From Geosiphon pyriformis uo1 (Eukaryota > Fungi > Glomeromycota), in contig JAAOMT010000764.1 in assembly GCA_016748015.1 (NCBI GenBank), positions 8,336 through 72,335 of the forward strand: 64,000 bases of DNA, read 5' to 3'. Below are positions 14,270 through 26,055 of this stretch, piece by piece. The position numbers and the translations under genes were made by a program. Positions within the stretch are counted from its first letter, which is position 1. Each line of letters opens with the position of its first letter. The notes below the pieces were generated by a model. The model saw nothing but the letters and a program-made list of their open reading frames with translations. It did no database searches and was not told the origin of the DNA.

Positions 14270-14640
14270 AATTCTTAAAAGAAAGACTTCATTTTTACAG
14301 TAATTTGAAACCTAAAATTTTTTACTCCAATTCATTGTCAATTTCAATAATTTGCAAATTTGGGGTTCCTTTTCTTGGAAAGCCCCATATGATTACAGAT
14401 AATTTTTCCATTAAAATCATTTTTTCAATAATATTGCTGCAAATTTGAAATTTGACATTTTTAAAAGCTTTGAAATGAATCAGGAAAATTAAAAATGTTA
14501 ATTCACCAAAGCACTCCCCGGATATGGTTTTTTATCTAGCTTGCTATTTCAACAAATTTTATTGCCATAAAAAATACATGTATACTTCAAACCCATTGAA
14601 TCCTAAAATAGCCGATATTTTGGAGCTCAAAAGATTATAG
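14270..14640 (-). pseudogene. Decayed class-3 lipase-like pseudogene fragment
   Basis: Minus-strand fragments in lipase order: KPYPGSALV, KFAAILLKK, LSVIIWGFPRKGTP-(frameshift)-FANY, matching VPYPG / QFAA / TFG.PRVGN..FA.Y of the intact lipases; stops and frameshifts present. Confidence 0.5.
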
Positions 14641-15099
14641 TGCCTAACTTGCTTTCATCTTTTTGTTTTCTGAAAGATCATCATAACGATTCATCTATGA
14701 TGCCATCTATTTCTAATATCATGTTTAGTCTTTTGCTAGATTCTTATAAATTATGTGGCTTCCAAAAAAATTCGAAAGGTGCTAAAGTCCAATTTTTGAC
14801 TTTTTACATATTTACAAAGTCAAGACACCAATAATTTGTTGTCATTTTTGTGGTGTGAAAGCTCACGTGTTTCTACAGAATTGGTGGCGCCTTCATATGA
14901 AAATATGCAGGATCCCACAATTTACTCCCGAATCTCCTTTCAAGGCAGCCTATTGCAAAAAAAAATTCGAGATTTTTATTAGAGGGAGAAAAAAACTTTT
15001 CATCATATCATACCATTCCATCGATCGTCTGTTTTGTTTCCATCACTGATATAATCGAGGAAAATAAACATGAAAAAACTTTATACCATCTTATTTACA

Positions 15100-16541
15100 A
15101 TGAGTGATCTAGACATTAAAAAGACGAATGATTCCAAATCATTCAACAATGGACCAACCCTAGTGATCCATGGTGGAGCTGGACGCATTCGTCACGAAGA
15201 TTATCCTTCAGAACGAGAACAAAAAGCTATCAGAGCTCTTGAGGTTTCGCTTTATGCCGGAAACGAGATTTTGGCCAAAGGGGGAAGTTCTTTGGATGCT
15301 GTCGAAGCTGCCGTGAGGATCATGGAAGGTAGTATGTTTATGAAAGTGATCATTATGATCTTTTAAAAAATATGCTCAAAAGGATGTTTTTATGTGATCA
15401 GATGATCCAATGTTTAATGCTGGTAAAGGTTCCGTCTTTACAATTGGTGGCAAGGTTAATAAGTGATAAGAGGTATTTGAATTCGTTTTGAGATGCTCTT
15501 GACATTTCTAAGAATATAATATTCAAATTTAGAACGAACTCGAAGCTTCAATTATGATTGGTACGGAATATCACCCAGCCGGTGCATGCACTTTATTACA
15601 CACCGTTAAAAATCCAATCAGTCTGGCCAAGACCATTTTAAAAGATCCCAATAACTCACATGTATTTTTGGGTGGTAAAGATGCTGAAGAATATGCAAAA
15701 TTAAAAGGTTTAGAAATCGTAGATCCTAGTTACTTTTGGACCAAAAATCGTTGGGAACAACATATGAAAGGTCTGGAAAATCAAAAAGTAGAGCATGGAC
15801 TTGTCTCGAATGTTCAAGATGTAGATGACGGTAATTTATTATCACCTGAGCTTAATAAAAGTCCTGAATTGGATTTTGGTTCATTGGGAACGGTTGGTGC
15901 CGTTGCAGTCGATAAAGATGGGGTAATTGCTGTTGCTACGTCTACTGGTAATCTACCATTGTCTCTTTACTTTTAGTTTTACAAGTAACCAATGTCTTTT
16001 CTAAATTTTCTGATATTAATATAATAATTTTGCGTTTCCAAAGGGGGGAGAACTAACAAAAGGGATGGTCGTATTGGAGACACACCATTAATTGCTTGTG
16101 GAACTTGGGCTGACAATGAAAGTTGTGGAGTTAGTGGAACAGGAGATGGTGAGGTATGAATTTTGAGAATTTTGCTATTATTGAAGGAAAATATTATAGT
16201 AAAGAAATCACTATTTTATATAGTTCTTCATACGATATGGGATAGTTCAAGATGTCTCTGCGCGAATGAAGTACCTTGGTGAGAGCGTAGAAAATGCCGC
16301 GAAACATGTAATTGATGATATGAAAAAAGTTGGAGGGGATACTGGGGTTATTGCTTTGGACAAATATGGAAATGGTGAGATGATATATTTTTAAGATTTT
16401 TACCTTTCAAAGTTAATCTTTACTTTTTGATTAATTCCTGGATGTCTGTTTTTAGTCACAATGCCTTTCAATACATCTGGAATGTATAGAGGATACATTC
16501 GTGTATCTGATGGAATTCCTCATGTAGCAATTTTCGAATAA
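15100..16541 (+). CDS. Plant-type L-asparaginase / isoaspartyl peptidase (Ntn hydrolase, Asparaginase_2), 6 exons
   Basis: [26 protein letters not shown], autocleavage site G|[39 protein letters not shown]. Exons 15100-15328, 15402-15454, 15533-15947, 16044-16153, 16224-16374, 16456-16541, all GT-AG and in phase. Alternative in-frame ATG at 15070. Confidence 0.95.
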
Positions 16542-17787
16542 AGCTGCTGGAATGCGGTGAATAATTTCCTCTTGGGATTCTTCAAAAACTAGGATTCTTG
16601 GAGAAAAACGTGTCATGAATTTTAATAAAGTGAAAGTTATAAAACTTTTATTTTCTAATTGAGTGTTTTAAGAATTAGCATTACTGATTTTTTTTTTCAA
16701 GATGCTTTTATACATGGTTTTTTTGTGAATTTCTTGAATAAACTTAAGATTCTTTGTAAGGACATCAATAATGGGACTATTTATTCGAATCGATCTTTGA
16801 AACATAGCTTCATCAAGGTTAAGATTTTATTTTTGGTTTTAAATTTATAAAATTTATTTAATTACTGTTTTCAATATTTAAATTAATTGTATCATGGTAA
16901 TTAAAAGCTTCTATTGCGTTAGAATTTGTCCCAGAATAACACAATCCTAAATCTTTTGCTAGATATTGAGATTTTCTTTCAAAATGTAGGGTTAGAATTT
17001 TATTCATTTTGTTTATATTTAAAGATAATAAAAATAAATTATAATAAAAATTTAAATAAGGAATAAATATTAATGTTTAGTATATATATATATATTTTGG
17101 ATTAATGAAAACTTGAATATTTTTTTTTGAAAAAATTTTTCGTATTATAATTTTTTTTTAAAAACTATGCTTATATAATGATCCAGCTTCCAATTCATTT
17201 ATTTGATTTTATATTGAAACAATGCACATATTTTTTTTTTATCCTTCCTATAATTTTTTAAAGAAGACTTTATGGGAAGCTTATAAAAATGACTAAAAAT
17301 GACGCTTTTCTAGATAAGAATTTATTTCAAACCTTTTCCAATACAAGATTGGTTAAATCCATTTTGTTTAAACACGATTATATTCAGTCCAAAATGTTCG
17401 CGAGAGAGTTGTGTTTTCTTTTTCTTTTTCTTTTTCTTTTTTTTTTTGAAATGAAAAAATAAGAGACCATGGACGTAAAAATTTTTTTAAAAAAATTTCT
17501 ATAATCAAAATACCTATTTCTTTTTGGTTTATATTGTTCACAGAATTAATAAATTGTGAATTTTATCAAATTCAAATTTTTTTATCACCTAAAGAACGTA
17601 AATTTTTGTAACCTTTGAAACGGAATATTTTTAAGAATAGTCTTTCTTCTAGTTTCAAAATTCTTTTTCACGTTTAGTAAAGGTATGAATAGCAATTTAT
17701 TCAGGTTTAAAGTGTTGGACTTTTGATAAGAAAATATTCATTCATCCTGAAATCAAAGGAGTAGCCAAACTAAAAAGTTTGTCGTAT

Positions 17788-17838
17788 TCATCATCATCAT
17801 CATCATCATTATCATCATCATCATCATTATCATCATCA
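17788..17838. repeat. Imperfect (CAT)n microsatellite
   Basis: Direct reading. Confidence 0.9.
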
Positions 17839-18714
17839 TTATTATTTTGTTATTGGTTCAATTCTTCCGTTACGTCTTCCAAAGTAATTATTCGAATTGG
17901 TGGTGAATAGTGATAAGTTTTTCTTATGGTCTGTATGAAGTAACGGTATCTATGACAATATCTATGGTGATACTATAAAAAATGAGCTATATAAATCAGT
18001 GGTTAACTTTATAATGAGAAACAATTGGCATATCAAATATATATTTATTAGGTTTTTCCTCATAATAATTGGTAGTATTAAATGTCTAGATTGTTAAAGA
18101 AGCTAACCTTTTCTCATCTATGACTTTTATATAATAATTTTTTAAAGTGTTGACTTTCTTTTGTTATTTATTTTTTAAACGTGTAATAACGAGTTTAAAT
18201 CTTAAAATTTTTTATTTGATAATTAAAAAAAAAAAAAGATCTTTGAATTACCTTATCACCTATTTTCAATAAATTAAAATAATCAATGATTGATTTGATT
18301 ATTTTAAAAGGTACGTGGATTGTGTAAAATATTAAAAGATTTTTTTAAATGTCTCACGACTTTTAGATTGGAATGTAAGACGGTTTAAAAAAAAGTGTGA
18401 AATAAATTATACAGAATTTATTTTCTTTTCAAAACTTTTTCATAATGTTTAACTTACTAATTCTTTTTAAGAGCGTGGTTAAAAGTTATTGGAAGAATTG
18501 AAATCGCATGTGTATTAAAAATGGTTTTGTTTAAACATTAATTTTTTTGTGGCTTTATTTAATTAATTTTAAATTGTAGATAAAAAAATAAATATAAAAA
18601 GAGTTATAAAATATAGCATACTAGCTGATTTTTAAAAGTTTTTAGCTATCAAATACACAATAATTCGTGAATTTACTGTAAAAACCTAACATGAATTCTC
18701 CTTTTAAAATCATT

Positions 18715-20092
18715 TTACCTTTCCAAAACAATTCGATATCTAGCCTTTCCAGAACGCATAATATCCAAAGCGTCATTGACATCCTTCATAGGAACAGTTT
18801 GTATCCAAGGTCGAACATCGTGTTTGGCGGCAAATGCAAGCATTTCCTTGACATCATGACGTGATCCAATCAATGAAGCCTCAATAGTAATAAATCTTAA
18901 AAGATCAGTAACGCTGAGGGATAATGGACTTTCTGGGACGCCTATTAGGATCAGTTTGCCATGATTCTTAATCAAGCTGAGGAATAATCCCCAGTCGGTA
19001 TCTTGTCCAAAGGTTGTTGAAAGAATGATATCGAACGTTTCAGAGAATTTGGAGACCTGATCTTTGTCTGAAATATTTAAGTAATTGGTCGCTCCAAGTT
19101 TTATTGCATCATCTCGTTTTTTATCACTTTATGAAAGGAATGAAAATAGTGAAAGTGATTTTTAAAAAGTGAGTTACATAAATTTTTTCAATAAGATGAA
19201 TTTTGAAATAGCGTACCTGTGAGAAATAGCTGTGACTTCAGAACCCATCTTGGCAGCGAATTGAACTCCCAAATGACCTAGGCCCCCAATACCTACTATG
19301 CCAACCTTTTTCCCTGACTTAACATCATATCTTTTTAAAGGAGTATAGATTGTGACGCCGGCACAAAGTAATGGTGCAGCTTCCGCAGAATTAATTTCTT
19401 CCGGAATATGGAAGGCGAATTCAGCTTGTGTTCGAATCCTATCAGCGTAACCACCATGACTTCTATACTGAGTCGGTTTACCATCTTGATCTTTCCATGT
19501 ATCATCATAGGTAAAAACTTTCTTTGAGCATATTTGGTCAAACCGGTTTGTGCACTTTGATCAAAAAGAATCGATGAATATATGTGGAAAAAAATTCATT
19601 TAAAATATTCCAATCTTATTATAAATTTCTGTTTACCTCTTGACAGGTTTGGCATGAGCTTATTTGACATCCGACACCGGCACGATCACCAACCTTGAAT
19701 TGTGTAACTTTTGAGCCTACCTTGACAATTTTACCAATAATTTCGTGTCCAACAATCACTTTTTCAAAAAATTTTGATTAGCATTTGATTGAAAAAAAAC
19801 TCTCAAGATCAACAAATTAAAATTTAAAGTAATTTCAATGTTCACTTGGATAAGGAATTGGACCCCAACCACCAGTAATAGTGTGCAAATCGCTTCCTAT
19901 GAAAGAAAAGGGAAAAAACTCAGTCATTGGAATATTTCGTTAGATTACCGTCTATCGAAATTACGTACCACATATACCACAGTGTGAGATCTCGACTTCA
20001 ACCTCATCATCAGCTAATGGCTTGGGCGTATAAGACCAAGGGGCCAATACTGCTTCCTTATCAAAGGCAGCGTATCCGTGAAATTGTGTCAT
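18715..20092 (-). CDS. NADP-dependent zinc alcohol dehydrogenase (cinnamyl-ADH/ADH6-like MDR), 5 exons
   Basis: CGICGSDLH, VGHEIIG, structural Zn cysteines SCQTCQEC..C, GGYAD, APLLCAGVT, GIGGLGH, C-terminal GKARYRIVL; ATG at 20092, TAA at 18717-18715. Confidence 0.96.
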
Positions 20093-20949
20093 TTTAATGA
20101 AGAGATAATTGACTTTAGAGAGTATGGGTATTAAAAGTCGTTAAAAATTATTCTCATGCCATCAATGTCCCTATTTATAATGATTTCTCGTAGAACAGCC
20201 AGCGAGTTCGAAAGATCCAGAACTTTTGACGGTTAATAAAATTAATTCTTTGAAAGATTACCAATCCCAGTTTAAGTTGTATATAAAAAGCAATGTTTTG
20301 AAAGTAGTTAAGGCTAAAGTTTAATTCAAACTTTCATCGTTTCGTAATCATTTTTCAAAGAAACGTGTAGTCACTTTTGACTGTGCCCACACGAGATCAA
20401 CTATTGTACCTGTATTCTCGTTCATTCTTTTGATACAGTAATCAGTTTTTCCAAATTTATGAAAATTTTGGTGATCTCTCAGCTGAGATCATATCATTAA
20501 TTTGTCAGGCTGAAAAATGTTTGTGCCTAAAATCTTGTTCATTTCAGGGAACATCGATAATTGTTTTGACCTGATAACAGTTTTATTTACAATTTAAGAC
20601 TCTTCATCAGAGAAAAAGTTATGAATTATTAATATTTTTCTGGAAAAGGAAAAATAAAAGTCGCGCGAGAATCCGAACGATTTCAAGCTGGTCATTAATG
20701 AAAATTTTTTACGGGTGTAAAAATTTCCATGGAAACAGAAATTTTACCGTTTATATGTATATGCATATGCTTAATTGTTATTAAGAGACCTAATCCAAAT
20801 ATCCTTTTCATTTTTAATTAATTATGGAAATATGCAAATATATATTTTAAAATACAGCATCCACAATTTTACGAACCACTCTGAGAGGATTTACCTTCAT
20901 AATCACTATCCAATCTAATTTTTAAAAGAAACCAAATATTACAAGAGAG

Positions 20950-21350
20950 TAATAAAACCCGTTTTGGTATCTACTGAGAAAATCTTTACTGAATTTATCC
21001 TGGTCACAAAAATTATCCGTATTTATTTATAATTGCAAATTAATGATATAATTAGCTCTATTTTGAGGCAAAAAGTTAATGTCAATTTAGAGAGATATAG
21101 TTTTTGTTATCCCATTTGGATAAAAATTATGCATTAGAGCGTAGTTTTTATATGAGAGAAATTGGACCACAATTGAAATATTTGCATTAGATTCTGAAAT
21201 TTTTTGACTAAAGAACACTTCTAATCTCTATTTTTACCAAAAAAAAATATTCATAGAATAACGATGATAAGTTTTTATAGCAAAACAAAGGAGAAAAGTT
21301 CTTGATTTGGTAAACCAGTTTACTTTCCACGAAGAGATTGATAATAGTAA
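20950..21350 (+). pseudogene. Possible decayed class-3 lipase-like pseudogene
   Basis: Fragments YPG, DIVFV, TIEIFALDS, LPKKNIHRIT, FTFHEEI are colinear with lipase motifs (YPG / IVFxG / VYAFG / VIRLT / YVHSGTEIW); multiple frameshifts. Confidence 0.35.
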
Positions 21351-22892
21351 TATTCATAAATTTTTAGTTTTGGTAGGATCATAATTTTGCAATATAATTA
21401 TATTTTAAATCTTCACTTACCCAACCAAGATTCTCAATCCTATCGTACAAAAACATTAAAATAATATATATTGTACCAATAAAATCCTCTTGAGACAGCC
21501 CAAATATTCCCAATAGGGTTGAAGTCTAGATTAGATGATGACCACGACAGAAGTCTTGTTTGGAGATCATCACGCGCATTATTATCAGAGGTGAGAGACA
21601 CTGTTTAGGGAGAATGGAAATGTAGCCAAATATTGAGAGCTTGTCCCGGAAAGATTATTTGCAAGAATTAAGCGACCAAGACGATGAATATACGAAATTT
21701 TGTGAATTAAGGCGACAGGAGCGAAGGGGGATACCGGTTATTTTGGCAATTTCGGGTGCATTGCATCAAAAGTACTTAATGACCTCACATTTCGATTTTA
21801 CGGGATTAGGCTGCTTAGATAGGTGAAAAAATGGGCAGGAATTAATTAAAGGTTGTGTGACATCAAGGGTAATCAAAAATAACATTTACGCGTCAGCTTT
21901 TTCTGCAAGGAGGTTGGTGATGCGAAAATTTTGGGTAATGATGTTGCCCCCATTACTTTCTGCCGGGACTGTACAAATATTACAGAAATTGAAAGCTTTA
22001 GCTAAAAATTATTTGACCTCTATTGACAATTCATCTTTGTGAAATCAAAAAGTTAAAATCAGTTTATTTTAACGCGTATAAAAGAATATAATTTAGAAAT
22101 AAAGAATCAATGACGAGTTGACGAAATTGATTATTTTTATAAACCGTTCCTCAATTAATTAAAATCATGCGAGTTCATTCACGATCGAATACATGTACAT
22201 GTACACTGTAGTATGTATGCTGTCAAAAATCCGGTATAGAAATTATCCTTGAATCTACAACGATCATATTCATACGGAAATGGCTTCGCACCTTTTCGAA
22301 AAAGAGTATCCTGAAAATCCATCATTCCCAGACTACGACTAAATTTCTCATTTTTTCCAATTTCCTGAAAGAATGATCACCTTTTTTTTTCTTTGGATCT
22401 TGTTTGATAACCTAATTTTTTTGTAAGTTTCTTGTTTGCCACTCTGTTGATGAGGGGTAACTTTAACATGTTTTGGATAATAATTTATTTGCCTTTTTCG
22501 AGAACAGAATACTGAAAAAAAGACTTTGCTTGAAAACGGCAGATATTTGTGAACGAATATTTAGGAAATATAAAATCTTTTAGATATTTATTTAAGGTGA
22601 AACATTTCATGAGAATCCTAATCAGAAACCATGATTCTTCAAAGATTATTATATAATCCATAGTATTGGTTGATAATATTAATTTATTTTTCAATCTTGA
22701 TGCTTTACCATGAATATTTTAAATGTTTATCATTATCATATTTCAAAATTATAAGGCACGAAGAGTGCTAATAAAGATGTCAAATTTGTTTCAATAAATT
22801 TTTCTAGCTTGTTTTCTCTAACTTTCTCGACCCAAAATGAATATTTTTAAGAATTCTACACGGTATAAAATTTTGAGACTGAATTATAATAC

Positions 22893-22893
<1 letters not shown>

Positions 22894-22974
<81 letters not shown>
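22894..22974. repeat. (TAT)27 microsatellite
   Basis: Direct reading. Confidence 0.95.
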
Positions 22975-23990
22975 CATGATTATTATTATTTTCGAAATAA
23001 AAAATCTCTTACATATAATAATACCTATTGGTAAAATTTTCTTATTACCAGCATCTCAAAAATTTTTTAATTCGAAAAATACATCTTGGTAACCAGAAAA
23101 AGTCTTCCCCACCACCCTCCCCCCCAATGAGTAAATCATTTAACTTTACAATCAGTGGTAATCGGATGAATAGATATACCCCTATCTAAAATTAAGGGTC
23201 AACACTTTTTTCGTCCATATTTAGTAACATTCAAAAAAAAATTGTATTTTCTACAAAATTAAATACCAATGAACTAATTTCATTTTAACGAATTCGAACT
23301 ATGACCAGATGTATGCATCTATGTATCTATGTGTATTTGTAAATCCTTATTTATCTGGAAAATTCCAAATCGATTCTTGGATGTTGATAATTCCCTAAAT
23401 GTTTCAGTCTAAACCTATCTTCTTCAACAACTTGGTAAAAACTATTGGCCAGTCACACGGGAAAATAGTTTCAAAGTCATGATGATGCGGCAAAAACTTA
23501 CTAAGAGGGTAATACGAAAATAAGGATTAACCTTTTTAAGGCGTCTCAAAATTATTACTCAAAAAATCTATGATCTCTCTGCCTTCCTTCATCTTTTACC
23601 TGTTGTTTGCAGCTAGACTGAACTTTGCCATTTACCCTTTTGTTGAACACATATCTTAGAACCCTATAACATAATTATTAACACTTCCTTCTCATAGAAA
23701 TATATTTTACCATTTTGTTTCCCTCACTAGCCTCAATTATTTTATTCTCTTGAAAATCACTCGAACTGGCTCAACATTCAAAAAGCGATTCACCTCGTTC
23801 ATCAACTGATTCTTTGGTTTCAGATGACTTGGTTTTAAAAATCGGAAGGGACAGTGATTCATTGATTAAGAAGGGAAGGACGAATAGTGATTATAAGAAT
23901 GATATTGACGGCGTACTCGCAAACACAAATGCATCCTCCAGTAGCATAAATACTACAAATAAGGCTCGTCATCATATCCCTTCTTCACTA

Positions 23991-26055
23991 ATGAATATAG
24001 TTGGATTTGATGCATCTATTTCAATCCCCGAACGGAACCGTTCGCCAAAATCATTATCACGACGAGAATATGTAGAGCTAAAAACAAAAGAGGATGTGGA
24101 AGCTAATGATGGGGAGAAGGACGATTGGGTTTATCGAAGATCATCTTCTGATGATGATCACTCAAAAAAAAAACAATCACAGAAAGAGTTATTAATGACT
24201 CATGATATTGATGAGGACTCTGAAGATAGTGAAACAGAAAGAAGTTTGACATTAGAGGTAGCCAGAAATATGAAATATTTTGTGATTAAAATTGTTGAAT
24301 TTGATGTTTTACGAGTTTCAATTTCAAGGCTATTCCTCCGCTATTAGTTGCCGTAGCATGGTCAGTATTAGCTGGATCTCTACTCGACATTGTAAAAGTA
24401 AGGAAATCTTTCTGATCGTGAGTTTTTTTTCATCAAATTACATGAGCATTGTTTTTTTATCTGTCCAATCGACATTTTTTATCCTTTTCCCCAATCTTAG
24501 GATTGGGATTCTTTTGTCCAAGTAAAAGAATTGTTTATTCTCGTCCCGGTATTATTAAATTTAAAAGGTAACCTTGAGATGAATTTGGCCTCGCGAATGT
24601 CAACTTCGGTGAGTAAAGAATTCTCCCTTGTAAAGCTTCAAATTACCAAAGTTCACCATTCGCTGACTTTTACCATCGGATTTTCTCAAGGCAAATTTGG
24701 GTGAATTAGATAAACCATCGGTTCGAAATTCACTCGTATTTGGGAATTTGTCATTGCTTCAAGTTCAAGCTCTAATAGTGGGCGCAGTCGCTGGGATCTT
24801 CTCATTTGTGGAAGGAATAGTATTTCATCCTCATGTCAATTCATACTTTGAAAGTATGATGGTCGTCGTGGCCTCAATGCTGTGCTCAGCCATGAGTAGC
24901 ATGATTATGGGAACTTTTATGTGTGGTTTAGTTATCCTGTGTAGGCGTTATCGAATAAATCCAGGTGTGGACAATCAACTAAAAAAATTTTCCTTAAATT
25001 CGCATTTTCTAATAACAATTTACAATTTTAGATAATATTGCGTGTCCCATGGCCTCATCGCTTGGTGATCTTATAACCTTGGTAATTTTATCTCTATGTG
25101 GCCAGATTCTATTGAAACTTATGCGTAAGTTTTTGTATTTTATATTTGGAGTTTTTTTTTGACACTTCTTTCAATTCCATTCCTTGAATTTCTAGACACA
25201 TTTATTAGCACAATCTTGTTTATAATTATGGCTTTATTTATACCTTATTGGGTAAGGCATGTGAGAAAAAATCCGTACGTGAGGGACTTATTACTGATTG
25301 GATGGTCACCTTTGTTCTTGGCAATGATAATTTCAAGGTATCGACAAATGTGATTTGCAATTATTCACCAAATTTCACTTGGCCTGGTATTAATCGCATT
25401 TTTATGAACCTTTCAGTATGGCGGGATTAGTTCTGGAACAGTATATAGAGAAGTACTCTGGTCTCGCGTTGCTTACTCCTGTATTGACTGCGTTGTCCGG
25501 TAATTTGGGTTCTATATATGCGTCACGAATATCCACTCGATTACATAGCAATGGCTTGGAAGAGAATTATCGAAAGTCAGAGATCACCCTATTTCTAATC
25601 CACTTGCCAATCGAAATTCTGTTCTTACTATTGGTTTGGTGGTTTGATATGGGCCATGTTCATTTGACTTGGAGTTTTTGTATCTTATATTTATTTGTCT
25701 CGGTTATCTGCGTGAGTAGCAATCTTTATGATTCTTAAAAAACTATTTGCTTTAAGCTTAACGTTTTCATGATTTATTCTTTGATTAGGTTGGTTGTTCG
25801 CTAGTATTGGCCAAAAAGTTAACACTTTGGTTATGGCAACATGGTTATGATCCTGATAATTATTGCTTGCCATACTTGTGAGTGTACTACATGGGTGATT
25901 TTGTAATTCCCATCAAATTATTTTTTAACTTACTTTTCCAAATCAATAGAACGGCAATTTTAGATGTCATAGGAACTGCCTTATTAGTTTTGTCTTATGT
26001 CGCATTAACAAACGTAGGCCTTGCAACTCCAGAACAAATGGACAAGGAAAACTAA
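23991..26055 (+). CDS. SLC41/MgtE-family divalent cation (Mg2+) transporter, multi-exon; true start may lie upstream
   Basis: Two MgtE-type repeats: [48 protein letters not shown] and [46 protein letters not shown]. Stop TAA at 26053-26055. Confidence 0.94.

Noticed and set aside
21641-22042. Two 61-codon ORFs in a GC-richer patch
   Set aside because: Non-ATG starts and no motifs; could equally be regulatory DNA.
22837-23034. Poly-Tyr ORF
   Set aside because: Translation of a (TAT)n microsatellite.
8441-26055. Functional gene cluster of mei2, asparaginase, ADH and SLC41
   Set aside because: No shared pathway or signature biosynthetic enzyme; an ordinary gene neighbourhood.
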